A stretch of DNA of 64,000 nucleotides from Basidiobolus meristosporus CBS 931.73. Taxonomy: Eukaryota > Fungi > Basidiobolomycota. The first letter of the stretch is position 1, and the number at the start of each line of letters is the position of its first letter. The stretch is from contig MCFE01000083.1 of NCBI GenBank assembly GCA_002104905.1, positions 1-64,000 of the forward strand, written 5' to 3'. The translations under genes were made by a program, and so were the position numbers. Under the pieces are notes generated by a model. The model did no database searches, was not told where the DNA came from, and was given only the letters and a program-made list of their open reading frames with translations. Shown here in pieces: positions 27,401-39,014 of the stretch.

Positions 27401-28790
27401 GTGTCATCGTATGGCAAAGGACCGACGAATGATCCGGATGTCAACTGAGTGGTGAATTTTCCTAAGATATTTTGTCAATGCCAGTTATTTACAAGTAGAT
27501 GAAACGGAGGCTTTCATACTCATCAAGTAGAATGATTTGGATACTCCGCTAATGGCAGAGCTGATTGGAGTTTCCTTGGTCATGATCGAGTCTAATGGGA
27601 TATAGCGAGGGACTCCCATATCAATCTGTACAGTGGTTTTAGTAAACACAGCCACAGAACGCCGATATAAAGAATGAGGACAACTAACCAGATAAAAGGT
27701 ACCAGAGGTTGGATCAACGCCGGAAGTTTCAAATCGGATGGCAAGTACAAACGGCAGTGTGCAGCCTTCACGTAGCAGTGAGTCATCTCGCCTCTACCCC
27801 CACATGGATGGATATAACAATGTTACCTTGATCAAGTTTTTCTTGTATCTCGTCAAAAGATTCAATCTTGGTGAGAAATGGATCGACGCCATGGTTCAAA
27901 AGATCAGCTGTGTGTATATGGTTCAGATAAGTCCACGTTCAACAGAGCATACTAGAGATGATAAATTTACCGGTGACTGAGCGCTCGGTTTGTAAGTCTA
28001 CGCATTTGCTGTCGGTGACCCCCAGATAGCTAAAAATCAATCGCTTTAGTTATATCTATGATGACGCGAGAAAAGCAACAGCTGCTTACGCGTAGGAGAT
28101 GGACATATTCTTGTGATCTTTGAGATCCTGTCTCTTTAAAGTTTCCATGAAAGGGGCCAGCACTTTCATTCTAGAGGTTTTCGAATAATGTCAGCCTCAT
28201 TTTCATCACTACGCAAAGAAATGAATCCAAGGTACCTATCATAAGTGGTGTTTTTACCCATTCTGATAACACGAAACAGCCATCAGTAAAAGCGGTGAGA
28301 ACATGAAGACCTGCAAAATACTGACCCAATACCCATGTTGAACACTATGGAATCGCCACCTGAAAAGTTTCCAAGTTAGTAGAACGCCGATTGGGTAGTG
28401 CTCAAGGTATACCTACCATTGATCGAGAATTGAATGTTCTCCTCTATTCTGCTATCACTAAAGGCTTCGAGCTTTTGGGAGTTATAACAGCGATCGAAAT
28501 ACAGTCTCCGTCTAAGCAAACAGTAAGCAAATAAAGTCCAGTGACACATACCAACAAAGGGGACTTACGTTTCAGGGGGGCCAAACGCGCCTTCTGTTTG
28601 GATGAAGAGGTTTAGTATGAGGCTAACAGATACTGTCACAAAGCTTCGCTGAACCTTTCTCGAGAGTCAAAACTAGATATTTGTTATTTTCGCTGCAGGC
28701 GAGTACATCCCCGACCTTTGCAGGCTCGGTGGGTGTGGAATTGGGATGTAGTTGCACCAGTACATTGACATTGCCAATTATACAGGCCAT
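24420..28790 (-). CDS. Divergent kinesin-like protein: N-terminal degenerate (pseudo-)motor domain in 13 micro-exons, long coiled coil, Lys/Pro-rich tail
   Basis: Exons 28790-28655, 28593-28569, 28511-28417, 28359-28326, 28262-28236, 28170-28090, 28029-27971, 27907-27827, 27765-27689, 27625-27520, 27461-27378, 27310-27264 and 27209-27129. All introns are GT-AG, 54-67 nt and phase-compatible, giving 933 nt with no stop. Kinesin landmarks appear in order: NVNVLVQLHP, LYFDRCY, FNMGIGMGKNT, SISYAYL...VDL, GTFYLIDMGVPR, PLPYDDTYFTLL, SGNCKSLFV, DTIELLEFAEV. The coiled-coil ORFs 25831-26379 and 24655-25791 follow. Confidence 0.82.
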
Positions 28791-29194
28791 TTTGGAGTCC
28801 GTGGTGAGGGAAGAAACGAAGATAGGGATGGTGTTTCTGTTGCTTTCAAAATAAGCTATTCTTGATATTGAAAGTTTAAACGCTGAGGTGACTTCGAGTT
28901 TATTGTTTTTTGTTTACAGTATGAAAGTATCGAATTAAATTCCATTTGAAGGATTCAACAACTAGAGGGGGCATTTTATTTGTTTATTGGCAGCGTCCAA
29001 TCAAATTCACACCCTTGTCCTATTCGCAAGCCTCAGCATTTATTCAACTTCGTTGAAGCTGCGCATCCTGGGTTAGGGGAGCCTCAAATCAACATTGGTT
29101 GATTGTTCTGAAAAGGATCATAAAACTTTTAATACATCTGTGCTCATAACACGACCTTTTCTCTTACCGCCACGGTTGGTTTCACGATAGCAGA

Positions 29195-29466
29195 ATGGTA
29201 GAGTTCTTCAAAGTGGCGTATATGGAATAGGTTGAATACGTTACTCACGTGTCGCTGTTATATAGGAAAAGCAAGCCCCTGTCAAGCACGCAAAAGTAAT
29301 CAAGGTTCTTGGCCGTACAGGCTCCCGTGGTGGAGTCACTCAGGTGCGCGTTGAATTCATGGATGACACCTCTCGCTCCATCATTCGCAACGTCAAGGGC
29401 CCAGTTCGTGAGAACGATATCCTAGTGCTGATGGAATCCGAGCGTGAAGCCAGACGCCTTCGCTAG
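29195..29466 (+). CDS. RPS28: 40S ribosomal protein eS28 (S28); ATG exon + intron 29198-29265
   Basis: [67 protein letters not shown]. Confidence 0.97.
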
Positions 29467-29769
29467 AACTGTAACCTATATATACAGTAGTAATCTATAT
29501 ATGCAGCAATAAACCATCCCACTGTAATGCTAATTGATGGATTCCAAGCACTTGTTCATTAGATTCAAGTAAACGTGACTTTAAATTACATTACAATCGA
29601 CTCGGAATATCTAGGTGGTGACGATGATGATGTGTGAGGATGATACGGGTGATGATACGGGTGATGATACGGGTATTGTGGGTTGGGTTGATGAATGTGT
29701 TGATGGATAATCTGACTGCGGATGATGAAGGATGGATAATCTGACTGTGCATGTGACCTTGGGAAACTA

Positions 29770-31275
29770 TCACGAGGCTTTGGCAGAGTGCTGGGCAAAA
29801 AGCGCTAGGGCTTGCTCGAAGATGACAAACATACCCGCTGATTGTAATGAGGTCCAGAAGACTCGAGGAGCCAGACCTCTGAACAACCCGCTTATGCCTT
29901 CCTGCTTGTAGTTCCAACGGAGTCCGTCAATGATTCCGGTGTAGTATTTGTGTGGCGCTCCGGATTTCTCTTTTCTAGGATCCCATAGTTCATCTCTTAT
30001 CTAGCCTAACATTAATCAAGTGTATCGTCGACGAGATATTGGATATCACTTACTGGCTTCTTGACTTGAGTCTGCAATATGGTCTTCATGACATCTGTAA
30101 CAGTTTCCTTTAGCCAACCTCCTTAATTATGACGAAAATCATCAACCTACCTAGAGGTGTGGTGATTGCTCCTGCTGCTCCTCCGGCCAGGCCACCGATC
30201 AACAATTCCGTGACGAACGACATATGGCCGTCCGCACTTCGTGAAATTGCCATCACCTTCAGCTTCTCTAGGTAACAATCGGGTCAGTTGTGCATTCGTT
30301 GTGTGGCTCATATAATAGAAATACCGTAGAATGCGAATTGAAGAGCGGAAAAAGGAACATCTCTAAGAATGGTAGCTTTGTAGCCATTGTAAAGAGCTCC
30401 GGGGCCATCGTATTTCAATATCTAGTGGTGTGAAGGTTAATTTGTTGACCGCGAGATTTAGCCACAATAAAGAACTATATATACCATTTTCAATGCATGC
30501 AAGGTGCCCTTGTAGTTATATCCGCTCACAAAATGAGGGTTGTTATATCTTCCTTGCAATTGCATTCGTGTTTTCAAAACCTAATCTCGGGTGAGCACCC
30601 ACCTATTAATGAATTGAAAAGCATAGAGATTACCTCAGAGGGAACGAATACAATAGATGCGGCAAGGTCACCGAGCGAACCTACCAAGACAACAAATTAC
30701 TTGACAATTCCCATCGTTGAATCTAACAAATACATGTGTTACCAGCAGCTAAATGAACTGCAGTGTCGGGGATTCCGTAGGCGATACCATTACGTTTCAC
30801 AAACTCGTACGTTCCGAAGTATATCATAGTGCCAGGAACTACATGACAGCAAATCAATTATTTGAGCCAACAAACTAGAAACAATAAGGAATTACTTGAA
30901 CCGCCCATAGCAGGAGCAAGCCCGCCATAGAGCCCACGAACAACCCCCTCTTCACGAAGAATGGTGCGGTATGCTTGAATCATGTTGGTATATTTGAAGG
31001 GGTATGGTTGACCTTGGAGCCTCGTCTTCACCGTATCAACACTAAAACAAGTCATGTTCGTCAGATATTCAAGGGTCACGGGTGCGGAACACTCTAGTAT
31101 ACCTATGCATCACGAAATCGCCCATACTACCCCCCAAGCCTCCAGCAACAATTGACTATGGTTGATGAAAGAAAGAGAAAGGTTATTCTGGTGGCGGCAT
31201 GGAAGCGAACGCAAATAACGGTACATGAAGATATGGAGGATATGTCGACTCGGTAGCTTTTGACGAATGGCCCAT
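29770..31275 (-). CDS. MME1: Mitochondrial carrier (SLC25), Mme1/YMR166C-like, multi-exon
   Basis: [45 protein letters not shown]...[13 protein letters not shown]...[37 protein letters not shown] in place of the usual PxD/E motif is typical of this subfamily. Confidence 0.75.
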
Positions 31276-31871
31276 GTTTGACTAAACTGAGAGGCTGGGT
31301 GTAAGCTCGAGCCGAGAATTCACAGGAGAATGCAGTTTCACCCACCAAACGATTATTATCTAGCAACCACGAGTAATAGAACTTTTAACGAGTGATTTGT
31401 AAAATCTTTCCCAATTCCGATGGTAAATTTAAGTTAGTCGTGATGATTGAACGATACCGCATGTGGAATAACTCACCGGTTCGACCAACCATGGTTGGAT
31501 GGAGCGAAATTACCAAATATTCCGCGGATTGAGTCCGCAGCGGCCAACCAATTGCCCGTGTAGCGTTCGGGCCTTCCTATGGAGCCGGTCTAAGATGAAG
31601 AGTAGTGGAAGTAGGATTAGGGCCGGAGCAGTGAATGTAGGATAGTCATTGGAGAGTGACAGCGATCTTTGCAGGAGACACGTTGCTCCCTATCTGGTTT
31701 CACCATTGACCCATGACAAACCATGCGCGCGTACATATCTTCCTGCAAGTGCTCAATAGCTCTAAACAAACACCGTTTTGGATTCCCTCGTATAAAAGCG
31801 TGGTGGTTTTCCCACTTCACCTCATCGTGTTCATCGACCCTAAAGTTCTCTAAACTCTTAACCCTCTAACC

Positions 31872-32339
31872 ATGCAACCTTTAGCCCTAAATCTTTTTGC
31901 TCTAATTTCTCTGGGATTCTACAACCCCGTAGTCTTAGGACTACCTAGCAGTTTGTCGTTCACCAACCCGCAAGAGCCTGCTATGATGGATGTTAGCCCC
32001 GGCGATTCAGCCCAGCTCCAACCAAGTGAGCCCTCGAGCATCATGACGCTAAATCAGAAGCTATTCAACCAAATGGATCAACTGAAGTTCCCTGGTGACG
32101 GCTCCAATGGACAGATTTGGGCTTCCCCCCATGCCTACCAGCCAGCTTCGCAATTTACGCAGGATGAAAAGGGTGCCGTTGGTGGAAAGAGCGAGTCCGC
32201 TGAGTCATATGGCGATTCGATTCGCACCAAATTCCAGCAGAAGATGAGCTCGGTGTTAGATCAAGCCGCAGAGACACTGAACAAAAAGTTGGACGGCTTT
32301 GCCAGTACTGATCCGGCGAGTACTCCGCCTAAAACGTAG
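31872..32339 (+). CDS. Small secreted hypothetical protein (155 aa)
   Basis: Single ORF with a hydrophobic signal-peptide-like N-terminus MQPLALNLFALISLGFYNPVVLG, followed by low-complexity polar sequence. Confidence 0.65.
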   Translation: MQPLALNLFALISLGFYNPVVLGLPSSLSFTNPQEPAMMDVSPGDSAQLQPSEPSSIMTLNQKLFNQMDQLKFPGDGSNGQIWASPHAYQPASQFTQDEKGAVGGKSESAESYGDSIRTKFQQKMSSVLDQAAETLNKKLDGFASTDPASTPPKT

Positions 32340-32628
32340 TCTTGCGCACGCAGTATTGAAAAATGAACACGGTCTAGAGAATACTATGAAGGTCTAACTT
32401 ATTTAACTTAAACTAATTTAATAAATTGTGGTGTGTACAGTAATGTGAACCTCCTTGGTGCATTTGACGTTATCTGATGGAACTCGTACTGCAACTAACA
32501 ATGTGATGTTTATATATATGAGTTGAGTCGACGTTGGCTGACTGGAATGAATTGAGAAATGCGAATGTGTGGGGAAGATGGCTGAAAGTATCGGAATCTG
32601 GATACCTATAGGAGCTCAAATGAACAGG

Positions 32629-33238
32629 CTAAAACTTCACTTCGAAGGAAGTTCCACAACCACAGCCGGAAACAGCATGGGGGTTGTTCTTGACCTTGAA
32701 AGTGGAGCCTATAAGCTCCTCGCTGAAGTCAATTTCCGAACCCGAGATTAACCCCAAGGATATGGTGTCCACCACAATTTTACCGCCATCACGGTCAAAT
32801 ATACTATGCAGTATGGTTAGTATCATAAACAGCCACGAATGGAAAGGTGTCAACACATACACGTCCTCCTCCGGATCAACCTTGTCCGTCAGATCAAGAA
32901 GGTACTGAAATCCGTGACAACCTCCGGACTCCACTGTAATACGTAAGGCTTGGTTTGGGCTATTATCACGCTTAGCCATGTACTTTAACCTCTATGAAGG
33001 ATATTAAAGTTAGTGGGGAATGAGGGCTCATGGCACATAGGATAAAATATCATACATTTGCCGCGGCCTCGGTGACTTCAAGAGACAAAACGTTACCGTC
33101 GTCATCCTTTACTACCTTGCTTGCATTTGTGGAGTATTGATAGTAGTGAGCATGCTTATATAAGGCACTATAGCCAAGTCTGTTCAGACTGCTGCCTCTA
33201 GTGAATACCAACTTGGGGAGATTGGAAAGGAAAGACAT
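32629..33238 (-). CDS. ISA2: Iron-sulfur cluster assembly protein, IscA/HesB family (Isa2-like), 3 exons
   Basis: LRITVESGGCHGFQY; SEIDFSEELIGSTFKVKNNPHAVSGCGCGTSF; mitochondrial-presequence-like N-terminus. Confidence 0.9.
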
Positions 33239-33719
33239 CTTCAGTAACCAGTAAAAACTTTGGGATGCCTTTATAGGTTCAATCGATCATGCCTAGTATT
33301 ACTAATTTATCAAAGATGCCGATGATTTATGAAATCATACTGAATCATTCACTCAACCCTAACCCTTATTCATTACTAATCCCCACAGTGTAGCAAGATC
33401 TCGGATTTCGGCATATATGATATACAAGAATGAATTGAATTCTGTGGCGAGAAAGACTGGGAAAATGATCAACCTATCTGCTCAGAAAGTACTTGACAGC
33501 TAGAGATTGTGTGGTGTGTAACAGATTTCCATATGCTCATTTTGGCTCTTGATGCACTAACCATTGTTTATCAGTTTCTGTGAGGGATGTATTGCCAAAT
33601 TCATCGGATCGTCAGGTGATGGCCACCATTATATAAGTTATTTCCACGTTTACTCGCTCCTTACAGCTGTTTGTACCATTCCCTCCTTTTCGGTCACTTG
33701 AAAAACTTGGAAGCTCAGT

Positions 33720-35147
33720 ATGTTTCATGTCAATAGATCTTTGCGCACTCTCTCCAGAATCTCTCTTGCAAATACCGCCACTCGTCGGTACAGCTCCAGA
33801 ATCCACGAGATAGTTGCTAACGAGCTCCAAGCTACCAGGGATGCTGGAACTTTCAAGAGCGAACGTGTCATCACCACTCCACAACGCAGCACCATTCGCG
33901 TGCAAGATCCCAACAACCAAAGCGCTACCACACCTCAGATCAATATGTGTGCTAACAACTACTTGGGACTTTCCGACCACCCCGCAGTCGTTGCCCGTGC
34001 TAAGGAGTATCTTGACACTCATGGTGCCGGTCTCTCCTCCGTACGCTTTATCTGTGGAACCCAGGATATCCACAAGAAACTCGAGAAGCAGATCAGCGAC
34101 TTTTACGGAACAGAGGATACGATTCTCTATGCTTCCTGCTTTGATGCCAACGGTGGTATCTTCGAGGTTTTGTTGAACGAGCAAGATGCCATCATCAGTG
34201 ATGCGCTAAACCACGCATCGATCATTGATGGTGTACGTCTCTGCAAAGCTAAGAGATTCAGATACCAGAATTGTGACGTAGAAGGTAAGTTGGATCACAT
34301 CCACTATATGTGATTCTCGCCATTCCATGCTAACATAAAGTTCAGATCTGGAAAAACAGTTGCAAGCGGCCGATAGCCAAGGTGCCAGATTGAAGATGAT
34401 CGCAACCGGTACGTACCATCAAGGATATCCGATAGATTGTGGTATATATGGCTCATGCTCTTCCTTATCCCAACAGACGGTGTTTTCTCTATGGACGGTA
34501 AAATCGCCCCATTGGATAAGATCTGTGATATCGCCGAGAAATACGATGCCGTCCTCTTTGTGGACGATTGCCACGCGACTGGCTTTTTGGGCAAAACTGG
34601 TCGAGGCACCCCCGAGTACTTTGGCGTTCAAGATCGTGTGCACATCGTGAACTCCACTCTAGGCAAGGCTCTTGGTGGAGCAGCTGGTGGTTATACCACC
34701 TCTACTGCTGATATCATTTCCCTACTTCGTAACCGTAGTCGTCCTTACCTCTTCTCCAACTCATTGCCCTCCCCAGTGGTTGGAGCCGCTTCCGCCGCTA
34801 TTCAGCTCGTCGATGAAGGAAAGGCCGGGTTAGATCACCTCTGGGCTAATACTCATCTTTTCCGTGGCAAGCTCAAGGCTGCTGGATTCACTGTCAACGG
34901 GGATAACCATCCCATCACCCCAGTAATGTTGGGTGACGCCCGTTTGGCAGCCGAGTTCGCTGATGAAATGCTTCAAAAGGGCATCTATGTTGTCGGCTTC
35001 TCGTACCCTGTAGTCCCCAAGGGACAGGCTCGTATCCGTGTTCAATTGTCTGCTGCCCATACCACCGAAGAAGTTGAGAAGGCCGCCGATGCATTCATTG
35101 AGATTGGACGCAGACGCGGTGTGATCCCTTCAGCGAACAAGTTGTAA
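33720..35147 (+). CDS. GCAT: 2-amino-3-ketobutyrate CoA ligase (glycine C-acetyltransferase), mitochondrial, 3 exons
   Basis: [90 protein letters not shown]. Confidence 0.93.
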
Positions 35148-35723
35148 ATTTAATGTTAAGTGCGCAGTGATAGAGAAGTAGGATGATTGTATAAATGCTT
35201 AGAGTATGTTGATCTAAATCAGTCAACAATACAGAATTGATAAGTTTGGCAATTAAACCACTGAACAAACAAACTTCTGTTTATGTAATCATGTTCGCCT
35301 TCCGTTGTCTCTTCATGGATGACTTTGAATGCTTTAATGAACGCTCATTGCCTTGATTTACGATTGCTGAGGGCTTGAGTGCTATTTACCACGAATACAG
35401 CATTGGTTAGGCGCAATTATTCAATATAGAGGGTTGGCCAGTAATCGCAAAAGAATCCACTTTGTAAAGCAGGTCAAAATCATCCAAACGTAAGACGGAT
35501 CACAAAAAGAAAAGTTCCACGGACCTAGTCCAACGGCTTATAAGCGGAAGGTATCTCTACATGCCATTGCCAAACTCTTGCTTTTCTTCTACTTTTCCCT
35601 TTCAACCGCAGGCTAGTATATCGGATTCTACTCACTAGGGCAAATGCTACTGTAGGCCTTGGCTGACTGATCTCTTACTACGTATTTCTGGGTCTCCTCG
35701 ATTTGAGCGTTTACTCAGACAAC

Positions 35724-36572
35724 ATGACATCCAACTACGTTGATCCAACCTTCGACTTCTCCAGTGATGTATCTTCACCTCTGACGAACCCTGGTGTATC
35801 TCCATTTCCACCTCTGAACTCCCTCCCCGCTCATAAGTTTAGTATAGATGTGGAACCATCCTTGCTCAACCTTGGTAATCTCTCGTTCGTATGTTACTCA
35901 GTGCGTGAGCTGGATACTAACAAACTCGAAGATATATCAGGGTTTCAATCCACGGACGGCGAGGCTATGTGGCCCATATCACCCGAGTTGCATGGGGATG
36001 GCTTGTTCTTTACCTATGTGCCAAGAGATGTTGCTCTTGAAAGCCCAAATGGATACCCACCCTTGAAAAATCAACGAGATCTGACCTTGTGTACCACCTC
36101 AAGCCTGGAGAACAGCGGATTCCATAGCATGTGTTACGATCAATTGATCCAACATGAGGAGTGTACGCATAAACATGCCAACTATCCTGAAGCAGGCCCG
36201 TTTATTTGCTTGGACCAGGCATGGTTGGAGGCCAACTATTCGCAGCCTTATTTCCAGCGAGTCGCGTCAACCCGGCGTCCGTCAGAGCCATTTGAAAGAA
36301 AATGTCTCAAATTTCGCAAGGAGCGTAAGAGGCTTCGAAAAGAAGGAAAGCCGGGAACTAAGAAAGAGGAGGCGGAAGAGAACACATGCGAATTCTGCAA
36401 GCGCTCCTTTAAGCGCAAGCACGATTTGCTACGTCACACCAGATTACATACCGGGGAGAAGCCGTTCCCGTGTCCACAGTGCGATCTCGCTTTCTCAAGA
36501 ACCGACACGCTACGACGGCATTTACGACAGTCCCACCAGTCCCCCGATCACCCTATTGTTTTCTTCGCTTGA
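35724..36572 (+). CDS. C2H2 zinc-finger transcription factor (two C-terminal fingers)
   Basis: CEFCKRSFKRKHDLLRHTRLH-TGEKP-FPCPQCDLAFSRTDTLRRHLRQSH. Confidence 0.9.
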   Translation: MTSNYVDPTFDFSSDVSSPLTNPGVSPFPPLNSLPAHKFSIDVEPSLLNLGNLSFVCYSVRELDTNKLEDISGFQSTDGEAMWPISPELHGDGLFFTYVPRDVALESPNGYPPLKNQRDLTLCTTSSLENSGFHSMCYDQLIQHEECTHKHANYPEAGPFICLDQAWLEANYSQPYFQRVASTRRPSEPFERKCLKFRKERKRLRKEGKPGTKKEEAEENTCEFCKRSFKRKHDLLRHTRLHTGEKPFPCPQCDLAFSRTDTLRRHLRQSHQSPDHPIVFFA

Positions 36573-37316
36573 ACAGCAGAAAAGGTACCGTTTCCATGTA
36601 TTTATGATGGTATACCAATGATACTACAATACTACTTCCTTGAAACTGTAAAAATCCACGCTAAATAAAGCAATCTCGTCAATAGAATCACCCAAGCGCA
36701 TCTGCTTATCCCGTGATCAACAATGCTGAGGATGATGGCCGCGATTCTTAGAATCCGAGCCTTGAAAGCAGTCCGAGCATCTCCATAAATGGTCAATTCC
36801 TCAGATCAGGAATCCATCAGGAATCCATCAGGAATCCGAAATTTCGCTAACGTTTCGTGGTGCCGACCGAGCAAGTCACGTGGCGTCGGGGCGGGGAGGC
36901 AGAACTGGAGGGGAAAGCCGTGTGAAACTTGTCTTGAATTCGTGTGGTGAGTAGATCAAAATACAAAGGCATTTTATCTTCGAACACAAACCAAATTGAT
37001 TGGTGTAGCATCAACGAGTTGTGCTCAAAACCTTGTAAGATACAGCTGGTTGTGGCCTTTGTGTTCTGGCTGCCATGTGTCCACTTGAGAAAAGAAAGAC
37101 TCTCGAAAGCCTTTATCCTACGCGACCGTGCTTTGATGATTCGCTCACCGTCCATTGACAAAGGTCGAGATATCGATCTATGTGCTGGAGAATTACGAGT
37201 ATTCCAGGCGAAACCCCTGTGAACAAAGGCCAATGTCTTGGTTACTAGGCATTTGGTGAGCAGTCCAGCCTAGGAGGTTCTATAAAAAGAGCGTTTCCGA
37301 ACCGATATTCCACATC

Positions 37317-38482
37317 ATGAAGCGCTACAATCACCAACACGAGTACACGAGCGAGATGCGGGACAAAGCATCCGCCTTTGAGATCCGTGGAGGGGACTAT
37401 TTCGACCCAAAAGACATTCCCCATTTTGTGCTGAAGCTTTACAGGTGAGTGGGTTCTCGGATGCTGGACGTTGATCACAGCCATTAATGAGCAATCATAG
37501 AATCTTGGAAGAAGACAGATACATTTCGTACATTCGGTGGAGCGACTCCGGCGATAGTTTCATCATCCCCGATGGCCCACTTCTCGCCGCAGTGGTACTA
37601 CCGAACTTCTACAAATCCTCTACTTTCACTTCCTTCGTCCGACAGCTCAATGTAAGTGTGATCAGGTCGATATCCGGGCACAATGAGATACTGACTCTCC
37701 ACTTAGATCTACGGCTTTCGAAGAATCACTGATGCCCGAAAAGCAAAGAACCCGCCTAGCCAATTGACCTCCGCCTTCGCACATCCATACTTCAGCCGGG
37801 GAAAGGTATCCAAGCTACATTTGATCAAGCGGAAAGTAAAGAGAAGTCAGAGATCAAAATCGAGAGACACATCTGAATCTTCCAATGCCTCCGCATCCAC
37901 CTCCACCTCCGTTGACAGCATGCCATCAGGCGTAAATGGTCGACTGGAATGCCCTTCTAGTGACGCCGAGAGTCTAAATGACAACGGTTAGTTGGGGTAT
38001 GAACCTTTGTCTTGATCCTGATATTCATCGAGTGTTTAGATCATCCAGAAAGTTGTAACAAATGCAACAGCTTACGTGAGGAGGTGCAACTATTGAGACA
38101 TCTTTTGCGTCGCTACCAGCACATGGATGTGTCAGGAGTACAGGAGCCACTGCCCTACACCCTGCCGGTGGGATACGAGGGCACCATGGACTGTGTGCGA
38201 TCGGCTGAGTTTCCCATATATTCTGAGGCCAACACGCTCAAACTGCCCAACTGGTCCGCAGAATTTCCGATTCCAGAAAATACCGGATACGATGTGACGC
38301 CAACGTTCTTTTGTTCAGAAAATCCGGTGCACAATTACGACGTATCCATCACGAGCACCCATTGGAGTTCGCCAACAAATGAGTTGGGCTATGTTGACCA
38401 GCTTCCGTCGCTATCGGTCTCCTCCGGATGGGATACCGAGAATCACGAAGCCAAGCAGTTCAACATCCAGCTGAGCTGCTGA
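37317..38482 (+). CDS. HSF-type DNA-binding transcription factor, 4 exons
   Basis: A first exon missed by the ORF track (ATG 37317) supplies DIPHFVLKLY. It splices to RILEED...IRWSDSGDSFII...VLPNFYKSSTFTSFVRQLN|IYGFRR...FAHPYFSRG. TATAAAA at 37281. Confidence 0.88.
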
Positions 38483-39014
38483 AGTCTGTCTGGGAATCAC
38501 GACGCCAACCACTTCGACATCCCGCTGAGCCTTTGGGCTTATTGCCGAAATCATATCAACCCCCAGCCCTCACTCCCTTCCCTTCAACCTTCGCCCCGTT
38601 CATCTCCTCGCATACTGAACATCATCTGACCAGTCCTATGTATTTTACGCTCACAATAATCCACGGGCTCTCCACGTGCTGTTGCATATAATATATTCAT
38701 CTGCTATGGCCATGTATTGGCATGAATAAATATCATTGGCCATACCAGGCGATTCACCGTTCAACTGAGGATATAGGGTATGGTGTACGCCACGTGGTGC
38801 CATCCCTAGGGCATAGATGGGCAGTTGATACCAAGCTTATGTGCAGTGTCGTCTCAGCATCAGTCACATTATATGCTTTCTATCAGCAACTTATTGGCGC
38901 ATGCACATCCTCTACTGGAAGATTGTTCACTCGCGGTGTAGTTTATTTGGATGCCAATATACGCACAGACTGGCTTCCAAGATGGAGCCGTATACACAAT
39001 GATCAGCCTTTGCT

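Noticed and set aside
29641-29750. Short repeats (GATGATACGGGT x3, GATGGATAATCTGACTG x2) and His-rich ORFs 29586-29917
   Set aside because: Simple slippage repeats in the 3' region between convergent genes; the ORFs are low-complexity by-products.
33612-34184. 190-aa antisense ORF over GCAT
   Set aside because: Shadow ORF of a well-supported gene; no recognisable motifs.
36808-36838. (TCAGGAATCCA)x3 upstream of the HSF gene as possible heat-shock elements
   Set aside because: Lacks the alternating inverted nGAAn arrangement; simple tandem repeat.
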